Shown here: piece after piece, positions 17,323-25,150 of the stretch
Numbering within the stretch: position 1 is the first letter of the stretch
Layout of the letters: every line of letters begins with the position of its first letter
Source: Candidatus Woesearchaeota archaeon
GTDB taxonomy: Archaea; Nanobdellota; Nanobdellia; Woesearchaeales; ARS49
Direction: 5' to 3'
DNA length: 28,657 bases
Assembly (NCBI GenBank): GCA_023266895.1
Contig: JAHFOI010000013.1
Span: 1 to 28,657, forward strand
Made by a program: the position numbers and the translations under genes
Notes under the pieces: model-generated
Told to the model about the DNA's origin: nothing
Databases searched by the model: none
What the model saw: the letters and a program-made list of their open reading frames with translations, nothing else

Positions 17323-19863
17323 ATGACGTTTCGTGTACCCCTAAATATTTCGCAATGTAATGCACAAGTGAGCAAAATATTGCTTATTGGTGTAATGTTT
17401 TTGTTAGTTGTGGGTTTTCCGCTTTTTATTGTGGTTCATGCAGTTGATACTGGTCAGGCCAATGCTTTGCAAAAGAGTGATGGTTCTCTTGTTGAATACA
17501 AAATTACGCTTACCAATACCGGAAAAGGCACTGCATTTCAGGTGCAACTCCATCAAGAGTATCCAAAAGGTGCGGTGTTTGTGGATAGTTCTGTTGCGCC
17601 TATAAAAGGTACTACTTTTTTTTCATTAGGCGATATTACTCCGGGAAGTTCAGCAGTATTGCGTATTTCTGTTGCATCAGACTCCTTGGTTTCAAAGAAT
17701 TTTGAAGGCGATAATGCAAGCATTTCATACAAGTCTTTTCCTGATAGTCCACCAAAGATTTCTGCAGTGTCTACTTTTTCTGTGAAGCCTATGAATGATG
17801 CTGCTAAAACAAATGAAGAGAGCACATCAACAAATCAAAAAGACAACAATATCTTACCGCCCAAAATTCCTGAGATTGTGCCAGAATCTGCTGTGCCTGA
17901 CCTGCCAAGAACTGACATCATGCTTGGCAAGGGTGGTGATCCGCTTTCTTTTGAGAGAGTTAAGAACAGGCCTGAGCTCGCATGTGGTGTTTCACGTAAT
18001 GCAGGCATAGTGCGTGTTCTTTCTTCTCCATCAATAATACCTGCCCCTCAAGGGTTTGAGACTATTGTACCGCCGTTTACACTATCCTGCGAAAAAGGGG
18101 AAGTTGATGTAAGCATGAGTGTTCCTTCAGGGTTCACAAGCATACGCACAATGAGAATTTCTGGAGAAAAAAATGCTGAAGTAAAAAATGTAGAGTCTGC
18201 TGACCTTGTTTGCGGTGCTCAATCACTTACAAATTTTACTGCAGAGTCATTACGTCGTAAGGTAATGTACCTTAATGTAACTGAGCTTCCTCCTATTTCT
18301 ACGAAGAGCACAGAGATCACTGCTGAGAAGAATTCCTTAGCGCTCGCAGCACATAAAATCCATGTTCTTGATTCAAAGAGAGATTTTGTTCTTGAAGCAG
18401 GATCTGTTTCGCGGGGTGTACCACTTCCTCAAAATCCTTCATTGAACATTATTGGCGCCCCGTTGCAGGTCTTGATAAAAAATAATTCAGCAATACCTGC
18501 TGGGGAGGGTGTGTCTGTTGAGGTTGATTTTGCATTTGCAGAAAGTCAATTACTGGACAAAAGTTCTCTGGCAGTGTTTCGTTTAAATGGTTCAGTGTGG
18601 GAATATCAGGGTGGTATTGCAAATGATTCAGCTGTTGTTGCAAACGTATCTTTACACATAACACAACCTACAATTCTTGCACTTATGGGCACGTATTGTG
18701 CTGGTTGCGTGCAGTCTGAACTTGTGAAAAAGTTTGATGGAGGTTCGCGTATTGCAGTAGTGTTAGTGCATGGCTTGACCAGTAGAGCATCAAAGTGGCA
18801 GTATTTGCTTGATGAATTTAAGTACACGCATCAGCCCGAGCAGGTTTTTTTTTTTAATTATCCTGTTACGAAAAAAACTGAGGAAAATGCACGCGCGCTG
18901 ATTGATCTTCTTGAAAAAAAACAAGACAGATTTGATGCAGTGTATTTTGTTGGTCATTCGCTTGGTGGTTTTGTTGTTGAATCAGGGTTGAATCAGGCTT
19001 TTATTGCAAACAAGAAAAATCCTGCTGCATATACTTTTTTGGAAAAAGTCCGCAAAGTTCTTATTCTTGGCGCACCTCATGAGGGAAGTCCGTCGGCAGA
19101 AGCATATTTGAATTTATTTTCTTTTTTCGCAAACCAGCAAGATGTTATTCCAGTAGTGAATGCCAATACAGAAGTTGTACGTGAAGTGACTAAAGGCAAA
19201 GTGTTTGCAAAAGTGCCTGGTATTGACTACGTTGTCATGGCGGGCACAAAGCCGTATGAGTTTAATGCAGGTTTGTTTAAGGCAAGTACCAATGAATTGC
19301 TGGCTGAAGAAAATGATGGCATTACCAATGTTTCTGGTGCGAGAAAGATTGGTAGTTCTGAACTACGTGATTTTTGTAGTAATTATTATGAGATTAATGT
19401 AACGCACACACAACTTGATGATGATACCCTTGCGAGAAAAGTAATCACGTATGTTCTCGCAAGTGATATTGCTGCAAAGAAAGTGTTTTCCCAGCCCTTG
19501 CTCGGACTCACAAAGTACGTGCAGATTGCCATACAAAATTGTTCTTCAAGTGATGTGTATATGCTTATTGGCAAATCTGTTGCAAAAGATGCAAGTCCTT
19601 CTGTACTTGGCTGTAATTGTGGCAATAAAGTATGTGGTCTTGATGAAAACGAACTTTCTTGTCCGAGCGATTGTGGCAAAACAAGTGTTTCTGAAGAAGC
19701 AAGACGCATAAAAACTCTGACTGTCGGAATTCTTGTTTTGCTCAGTGTTTGTTTTGGTGTTCTTTCATTTTATGCATGCCGAAACCAAAAATGGATTTTG
19801 CTCGCGTGTTGTGCAATACTTCTTTTGTTCTTTATTGCCATGCTTATATTGATACTAGTATAG
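17323..19863 (+). CDS. Membrane-anchored extracytoplasmic alpha/beta-hydrolase (lipase-like) with N-terminal conserved-repeat domain
   Basis: N-terminal TM ILLIGVMFLLVVGFPLFIVV; repeat-like LVEYKITLTNTGKGTAFQVQLHQEYPKGAVFVDSSV...LGDITPGSSAVLRISV; hydrolase VVLVHGLTSRASKWQYLLDEF and YFVGHSLGGFVVESGL; Cys motif CNCGNKVCGLDENELSCPSDCG; two C-terminal TM segments. Confidence 0.85.
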   Translation: MTFRVPLNISQCNAQVSKILLIGVMFLLVVGFPLFIVVHAVDTGQANALQKSDGSLVEYKITLTNTGKGTAFQVQLHQEYPKGAVFVDSSVAPIKGTTFFSLGDITPGSSAVLRISVASDSLVSKNFEGDNASISYKSFPDSPPKISAVSTFSVKPMNDAAKTNEESTSTNQKDNNILPPKIPEIVPESAVPDLPRTDIMLGKGGDPLSFERVKNRPELACGVSRNAGIVRVLSSPSIIPAPQGFETIVPPFTLSCEKGEVDVSMSVPSGFTSIRTMRISGEKNAEVKNVESADLVCGAQSLTNFTAESLRRKVMYLNVTELPPISTKSTEITAEKNSLALAAHKIHVLDSKRDFVLEAGSVSRGVPLPQNPSLNIIGAPLQVLIKNNSAIPAGEGVSVEVDFAFAESQLLDKSSLAVFRLNGSVWEYQGGIANDSAVVANVSLHITQPTILALMGTYCAGCVQSELVKKFDGGSRIAVVLVHGLTSRASKWQYLLDEFKYTHQPEQVFFFNYPVTKKTEENARALIDLLEKKQDRFDAVYFVGHSLGGFVVESGLNQAFIANKKNPAAYTFLEKVRKVLILGAPHEGSPSAEAYLNLFSFFANQQDVIPVVNANTEVVREVTKGKVFAKVPGIDYVVMAGTKPYEFNAGLFKASTNELLAEENDGITNVSGARKIGSSELRDFCSNYYEINVTHTQLDDDTLARKVITYVLASDIAAKKVFSQPLLGLTKYVQIAIQNCSSSDVYMLIGKSVAKDASPSVLGCNCGNKVCGLDENELSCPSDCGKTSVSEEARRIKTLTVGILVLLSVCFGVLSFYACRNQKWILLACCAILLLFFIAMLILILV

Positions 19864-19920
19864 GAAAAAAGTAATCCTTCTTTTTTTGTTTAAAACTATG
19901 CTGCTCTTCACCCGTATTCT

Positions 19921-20238
19921 TCACCCGTATTTTTCTGTCACATGTTCTTTTTGCAGCAAGAGTGCGTACAAGAATATTGAGATTATGATGAGCTCAAAGA
20001 ATCCATTGATGTGCAGAGGAATGCTAACCAGGTTTGCTTGTCTGAGTACAGTAATCAATTCTTCTAGAATAAAAATGCATAATGCGAAAAACATAAATTT
20101 CCATGGTGCAACATAAATAGTTCTGAAGACTGGTGGTGTGGTAAAAAGCTTGAAAAATAGGTATACCACTGCAATAACCAATGCTAAGTTATAAACTGGG
20201 GCCACTCGTCCGAGGGCAAGCCAAAATTCTGCAGTCAT
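19921..20238 (-). CDS. Small membrane protein, paralog of the upstream neighbour
   Basis: From ATG 20238 (MTAEFWLALG...), overlapping the stop of the upstream gene as ATGA. Shares an APWKFMFFALCIFILEELITVLRQ pattern with the neighbour. Confidence 0.7.
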   Translation of the reverse strand: MTAEFWLALGRVAPVYNLALVIAVVYLFFKLFTTPPVFRTIYVAPWKFMFFALCIFILEELITVLRQANLVSIPLHINGFFELIIISIFLYALLLQKEHVTEKYG

Positions 20239-20540
20239 GCAGTCCAGCCTCTGTTGATATTGATTTGCATAGTAAGCGCAATAATGAGTAATGCAAGAAT
20301 AACTGAAGGCAAAACATGTGTTATCCATGGATTTGAATACACTCCAAAGGTGCGTAGTGCACCAAATATTTCCTCAAGTGTAAATAAAAGAAGGGCGATG
20401 AGAAGTGCTCGCCACGCATGGAGATTTTTTTGATTATGACTGACCTTGAGCAGACTGATTGCAATAATTGCTGAAGCTATGCTGAGCAATACTGCACCTA
20501 ATTGTGCGCTGCCATAGATCCAGTCATAGGTGCTAAGCAT
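20235..20540 (-). CDS. Small membrane protein, paralog of the downstream neighbour
   Basis: 101 aa with LHAWRALLIALLLFTLEEIFGALRTFGV...VILALLIIALTMQ. Confidence 0.7.
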   Translation of the reverse strand: MLSTYDWIYGSAQLGAVLLSIASAIIAISLLKVSHNQKNLHAWRALLIALLLFTLEEIFGALRTFGVYSNPWITHVLPSVILALLIIALTMQININRGWTA

Positions 20541-20648
20541 AAAGTTTTTCGCGCAGAGTTAGATATATAAAGATAACGCTTTTATACCGGTTGCTGTTGT
20601 AAAATAGGTACAGTATATCAACAATTAATAAAAAGGAGCTCAACTCTC

Positions 20649-21167
20649 ATGATCCTGTTTGAATTATTGTATTTCATGCTTCCTGCATATGTTGCAAACA
20701 TGATGCCTGTTTTAGTCAAAAAAGTTCCTTTTTTGAACAGCCCTGTTGATGGTAGCCAAAAACTGTTTGGCAAGCCAATATTGGGAAATCATAAGACATG
20801 GCGTGGGATATTGTTTGGCATGTTGGGTGGCATAGGTATGGGGGGATTTCAGTTTTTGATACACATAAATGTGCTTTCAATAAATTATGCTCAGTCATGG
20901 TTTCTCTTGAGTGTGTGTCTTGCAGGAGGTGCATTGCTTGGGGATGCTATTAAGAGTTTTTTTAAGAGACGGTTCAATATTGCTCCAGGCTTATCCTGGA
21001 AGGTGTTTGATCAATTGGATTACGTGAGTGGTGCACTATGCTTGACAGCACCTTTTTTTTGGCCAGGTATTGAAAATGCAATTATTCTTCTTGTGATAAG
21101 CGGAATAGGGCATGTTTTAATTAATCACGTGGGTTTTTGGGTTGGCATAAACAAAAAAAAGTGGTGA
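20649..21167 (+). CDS. carS: CDP-2,3-bis-(O-geranylgeranyl)-sn-glycerol synthase (CDP-archaeol synthase)
   Basis: PAYVANMMPVLVKKVPFLNSPVDGSQKLFGKPILGNHKTWRGILFGMLGG...GDAIKSFFKRRFNIAPGLSWKVFDQLDYVSGAL. A GGAG (SD-like) sits about 11 nt before the ATG. Confidence 0.93.
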   Translation: MILFELLYFMLPAYVANMMPVLVKKVPFLNSPVDGSQKLFGKPILGNHKTWRGILFGMLGGIGMGGFQFLIHINVLSINYAQSWFLLSVCLAGGALLGDAIKSFFKRRFNIAPGLSWKVFDQLDYVSGALCLTAPFFWPGIENAIILLVISGIGHVLINHVGFWVGINKKKW

Positions 21168-21219
21168 AAAAATATCTTCGTGCCAGCACCCATGCACTGA
21201 GTAGTGTATTCAACGGTCA

Positions 21220-21294
21220 TGACCCTGCTGAGATTCGAACTCAGGACCTCTCGATTATCAGTCGAGCGCTCCAGCCAGGCTGAGCTACAGGGTC
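21220..21294 (-). tRNA. tRNA-Ile (GAT)
   Basis: GACCCTG/CAGGGTC acceptor, D arm GCTC..GAGC, CTCGA-CTGATAA-TCGAG anticodon arm, CTGAG-TTCGAAT-CTCAG T arm. TTTATAAA is 25 nt upstream. Confidence 0.95.
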
Positions 21295-21362
21295 GTTTTG
21301 TAACCCAACACGAGTACGCTTTATAAAGTTTATTTATGAGAATTAGAGGACGGTCTATGAAT

Positions 21363-21866
21363 TTATGAGATGCAATCAATAGTTCTTGCTGATGCCTGTT
21401 CTACTTCTACAAATATTTTCTTAAGTTGGTTGACAAATTGGAGGAGGAGTGCATCGCCTTGTTTTGCGCCAAGGTTTGCTTGTGTTTTTGTGATTCCTGA
21501 GATCACCTGTTGTGAAATTTGTTGATTTGTTTGTGCTGCTTCTTTGAGCTGGTCATAAGAAGGTGTTTGGGAGGTAAATGATGAAATAAGATTTTGGGAG
21601 AGTTCATGAATTTTTTCAAACTCATTTTCAGCTTCAGAAACGTTTTTATATGATTTAGAAACATCTTTCGCAAGATATGCACTTATGTCTCGCGCATTAT
21701 TTACTGTTTCAGTAATGTCTTCAGTCCAGCAATAAGAAGGTGTTTTTATTGCTTGACCCTCACGCAAACTGCTCATGACAAGAATTGCTGCTGAAATAAT
21801 AACCAAAAGAAGAACCACTGAGAGTGTAAGAAACACACGTGTGTTTTGCGCTTGTTTCTTCTTCAT
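21363..21866 (-). CDS. Hypothetical protein with N-terminal membrane anchor
   Basis: 167 aa, TM VFLTLSVVLLLVIISAAILVM then helical Gln/Lys-rich domain. Confidence 0.65.
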   Translation of the reverse strand: MKKKQAQNTRVFLTLSVVLLLVIISAAILVMSSLREGQAIKTPSYCWTEDITETVNNARDISAYLAKDVSKSYKNVSEAENEFEKIHELSQNLISSFTSQTPSYDQLKEAAQTNQQISQQVISGITKTQANLGAKQGDALLLQFVNQLKKIFVEVEQASARTIDCIS

Positions 21867-21931
21867 ACATAAGAGTGTTAATTCAGAGTATAATAAGTTT
21901 GCGTTGCGTACGAACTAGTTTTGTGCTTATA

Positions 21932-22024
21932 CGCCCCTGGCCAGACTCGAACTGGCGACCTCGCGGTTTCTTCCGATAATTCAAGCGGTAACAGCCGCGC
22001 GCTCCACCGCTGAGCTACAGGGGC
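21932..22024 (-). tRNA. tRNA-Asn (GTT) with a 21-nt intron
   Basis: GCCCCTG/CAGGGGC acceptor, anticodon stem CGCGG/CCGCG, loop CTGTTA plus intron CCGCTTGAATTATCGGAAGAA plus A, T arm GCCAG-TTCGAGT-CTGGC. Intron at 21968-21988. Confidence 0.93.
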
Positions 22025-22079
22025 AGCTTGTCTGTTCGTACAGGCGAGGTTTATAAACATTGTGTGCTTCTGAATACGT

Positions 22080-22337
22080 ATGTTGCCTGTTGAATTTGAT
22101 TTAGAACTTGATCATGTTGCAAATGAGATTATTAAAATGCAAGCAGTTCGTGTGTGTATTCAATTACCCGATGGCTTAAAACCTCGTGCTGGAGAAATTG
22201 CGGATGTGCTAAAACAGAAAACTGGTGCAATGATTTTGATTTGGTTGGGCAGTTGCTTTGGCGCGTGCGACATTCCTCCTGTTGACAAGTTAGGTATTGA
22301 TTTGCTTGTGCAATGGGGTCATAGTGAGTTCAGGTAG
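22080..22337 (+). pseudogene. dph2: N-terminal fragment of diphthamide biosynthesis protein Dph2
   Basis: VRVCIQLPDGLKPRAGEIADVLKQKTGAMILIWLGSCFGACDIPPVDKLGIDLLVQWGHSEFR*, matching only the first third of a typical archaeal Dph2. TTTATAAA ends 22 nt before the ATG. Confidence 0.8.
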
Positions 22338-22394
22338 GAATTAACGAAAAAAAATCCACGATACTGTTTTAAACATGTAGATACGTATCGCGCT

Positions 22395-23936
22395 ATGCCC
22401 TCGCGTTCTTCTCACGCAATTCGCACACCTTCAAAAGTGGCTACGGTAGATGTTATTCTTGACACTTTGCAAAAAAGCAAGCAGGCAATTGTGTTTGTGA
22501 ATACCAAGCGTAGTGCTGAGAAAGAAGCTGAAGAAATCGCGAAACATTTGCCAGTTACTTCAGAGTTATGCTCTCTTGCTGAACATGCCAAAAGTGCATT
22601 GTCAAAGCCTACTGAGCAGTGTATGCGTTTGGCAGGTTGTGTGCAACATGGTGTTGCGTTTCATCATGCTGGCTTGCATAGTTCGCAGCGTTCTCTAATT
22701 GAAGATTCATTTCGCATAGGTAAAGTAAAAGTTATTTGTGCAACTCCTACACTTGCTGCAGGCGTTGATCTTCCTGCATTTCGGGCAGTGATTCGTGATT
22801 TAAAGCGTTTTTCTAGTCAGGGTATGGGTTGGATTCCTGTACTTGAATATTTGCAAATGGCAGGTCGTGCTGGCAGGCCTTCGTATGATTCTTTTGGTGA
22901 AGCAATTATTCTTTGCAACACAGAAAGTGAGTGTGAAGCAGTTCTGGAAAAGTATGTGCGTGGCAGTCCTGAGCCTGTTTTTTCTAAGCTTGCCGTTGAA
23001 CCAGTTTTACGTGCGTATCTTCTTTCATTAACTGCATCAGGAATTATTCATTCTGTTGAGTCTGCACATGTTTTTTTTTCAAAAACTTTTTGGGCACATC
23101 AATATGGTGATCTAACGCGCTTGCAACGCATTCTTGAGCACCAGGTTGATTTGCTTGAAGAATGGGGATTTGTTGTTCAAACGAAGAATAAACTTGTTGC
23201 AACAAAGCTTGGTGAACGTGTTGCACAATTGTATCTTGATCCCTATACTGCGCATGAGTTTGTGGTTGCGATTGCAAAATCATCAAAAACATCCGTAAAA
23301 GTTTCATCGTTTTCATTGCTTCACCTTTTCTGTAACACCTTGGAATTGCGTCCTTTGCTTTCTGTGCGCCAAAAAGAGTGTGAGCTATTGCAAGAACGTC
23401 TTGCCCAGGAATCCTTGCTTCAGCCTGAGCCTGACATGTTTGATGAAGAATATGCTGATTGGCTTAAAGCCACCAAGACTGCCATGATGCTTGAGGCATG
23501 GATGAATGAAAAAGATGATCAGGACTTGCTTGAATTGTTTGATGTGCGTCCTGGTGAGTCTCGGGCAAAGCTTGATCTTGCTGACTGGCTTTGTTATTCT
23601 TTAGTTGAGCTTGCCAAGTTATCAAAAGTATTTGGTGTTGTGAAAGAATTACAAAAAGTGCGTTTGCGTCTTAAGTATGGCGTGCGAGAAGAATTATTGC
23701 CTTTGATTCGCTTGGAAGGTATTGGTAGGGTGCGTGCGAGAAAGCTCTTCAGAAATGGAATCAAAGACCTTGCCGATATTAAGCTAAAAACTTTTGATGT
23801 GTTGCGTGATATTGTTGGTGCGCAAGTGGCAAAGAATCTTAAGAAGCAGGTAGGTGATAACGTGCCTGAGATTGTTGCTGAGAACAAGCGCAGAGGCCAG
23901 CTTGGCTTGATGGGGTTTGATGAATCAACTCCATAA
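22395..23936 (+). CDS. Hel308-like Ski2-family helicase lacking the N-terminal RecA1 domain
   Basis: Starts at RecA2: VDVILDTLQKSKQAIVFVNTKRSAEKEAE, VAFHHAGLHSSQRSLIEDSFRIGKVKVICATPTLAAGVDLPAFRAVI, LQMAGRAGRPSYDSFGEAI (motif VI), C-terminal LIRLEGIGRVRARKLFRNGIKDLADI. No Walker A or DExH box. TTTTAAA ends 21 nt before the ATG. Confidence 0.85.
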   Translation: MPSRSSHAIRTPSKVATVDVILDTLQKSKQAIVFVNTKRSAEKEAEEIAKHLPVTSELCSLAEHAKSALSKPTEQCMRLAGCVQHGVAFHHAGLHSSQRSLIEDSFRIGKVKVICATPTLAAGVDLPAFRAVIRDLKRFSSQGMGWIPVLEYLQMAGRAGRPSYDSFGEAIILCNTESECEAVLEKYVRGSPEPVFSKLAVEPVLRAYLLSLTASGIIHSVESAHVFFSKTFWAHQYGDLTRLQRILEHQVDLLEEWGFVVQTKNKLVATKLGERVAQLYLDPYTAHEFVVAIAKSSKTSVKVSSFSLLHLFCNTLELRPLLSVRQKECELLQERLAQESLLQPEPDMFDEEYADWLKATKTAMMLEAWMNEKDDQDLLELFDVRPGESRAKLDLADWLCYSLVELAKLSKVFGVVKELQKVRLRLKYGVREELLPLIRLEGIGRVRARKLFRNGIKDLADIKLKTFDVLRDIVGAQVAKNLKKQVGDNVPEIVAENKRRGQLGLMGFDESTP

Positions 23937-24011
23937 ACCTTTATAAACGCAGATTTTCATAGTATTACAAGTTGCCTTGTGAGTGGCAGAGAATGCCAGA
24001 AGTTGTGCAAT

Positions 24012-24107
24012 GCCTCGGTAGTCTAACTTGGACAGGACATAGCCCTGCGGCAAATCAAAAAGATTTGAAGAAAGGCTGTAGTGCGGGTTCAAATCCCGTC
24101 CGAGGCG
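24012..24107 (+). tRNA. tRNA-Arg (GCG) with a 22-nt intron
   Basis: GCCTCGG/CCGAGGC acceptor, D arm GTCT-AACTTGGACA-GGAC, anticodon stem TAGCC/GGCTG, loop CTGCGG plus intron (24051-24072) plus A, T arm GCGGG-TTCAAAT-CCCGT, followed directly by T-rich gTTTTTTA. Confidence 0.85.
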
Positions 24108-24224
24108 TTTTTTAGTAACAATGCTGACTTCGTTAAAAGAAAAATGAATCAGTCCGTCCAACCCCAAAAAAAGTCACTCTTAAAAGAAAGATTATAAAAC
24201 CACACTCTTTTCTCAGTAAGACAT

Positions 24225-24683
24225 ATGATAAGTGAAAAATTTAAGCAAGCAATCATGTTCATATCAGAAGTGTTAAGCAATGCAAAAATCAAGTGGGCAG
24301 TAATCGGAAGCACCAATCAAGCTCTGCAAGGAATGGAGATAACTCCAAATGACTTGGATCTTATTGTTTCGTTTGATTATTTGAAGAAGATTCCTGAATT
24401 ATTCAAATCTTTTTCACCCTCTCCTTTCCAAAAATTAGAGACAACAACTGGAATGCCAGCATGGGATGTTAAAATGACTTTAAAGAAAGTAGAAGTGCAA
24501 TTTTTAGGTGAGCGTAAAGAAGGGTTATATGTTAAGCCATTATTATCAAAAAAAGTTACTCATGTCACGGTTAATGGTCTCTCAATTCCATGTTTAGCAT
24601 TGGATTCAGAAGCTAACGCATATGCCAAAACAAATAGAGAAAAGAAAGCAAAAGCTATACTGGATTTCCTGGCAAAACAATAA
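24225..24683 (+). CDS. Stand-alone nucleotidyltransferase-fold protein
   Basis: WAVIGSTNQALQGMEITPNDLDLIVSFDYLKK resembles a GS..N/DxD nucleotidyltransferase signature. Confidence 0.7.
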   Translation: MISEKFKQAIMFISEVLSNAKIKWAVIGSTNQALQGMEITPNDLDLIVSFDYLKKIPELFKSFSPSPFQKLETTTGMPAWDVKMTLKKVEVQFLGERKEGLYVKPLLSKKVTHVTVNGLSIPCLALDSEANAYAKTNREKKAKAILDFLAKQ

Positions 24684-24734
24684 GATAACTTGGTTTTATT
24701 TGTTGAATTTTCCGTCAGCCCGATAAAAAAGGAT

Positions 24735-25076
24735 TTATTTCTTAGAAATTGTTGGGGTACGTTCAACTTTTGCATTTTCAAGATAATCAGTAATGTCTTT
24801 TGAGAGTTTTGTAAAGCGTTGAATAACTTCTGAAATTTCTTTATTTTTCATGCCTAAGTCAATCAACAAAGTCATATTAGTTCTGTATGATTGTAGTTCT
24901 TTGAATTGTTCCGGAGTGATAATTGGTTTTCGCCACCAAAAAAACAAAAAACAGCCAGGTTTTGTTGAGTATTCCAAATTCTCAAAAAATTGAGAAGCTG
25001 CTTGATATTTCATGCGTGCATCTGAAGAAGAATAACTTGTTAATTCAGACTGAGAATTATCTGCTGGGAATAACAT
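24735..25076 (-). CDS. Hypothetical protein
   Basis: 113-aa ORF. TTTTAAA about 22 nt before the ATG. Confidence 0.55.
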   Translation of the reverse strand: MLFPADNSQSELTSYSSSDARMKYQAASQFFENLEYSTKPGCFLFFWWRKPIITPEQFKELQSYRTNMTLLIDLGMKNKEISEVIQRFTKLSKDITDYLENAKVERTPTISKK

Positions 25077-25150
25077 GGCATAGACTTTGAGTGTTGAGCC
25101 TTTAAAAGGATTGTTCTCTGAAAAGAATGACTAAATTGACATTTAAAAAA

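Noticed and set aside
22338-22394. Mobile-element scar between dph2 and the helicase
   Set aside because: No terminal inverted repeats or flanking direct repeats were found in the 57-bp junction.
22395-23936. Annotating this as a full-length functional Hel308
   Set aside because: Walker A and DExH motifs are absent, so ATP-dependent helicase activity cannot be assumed.
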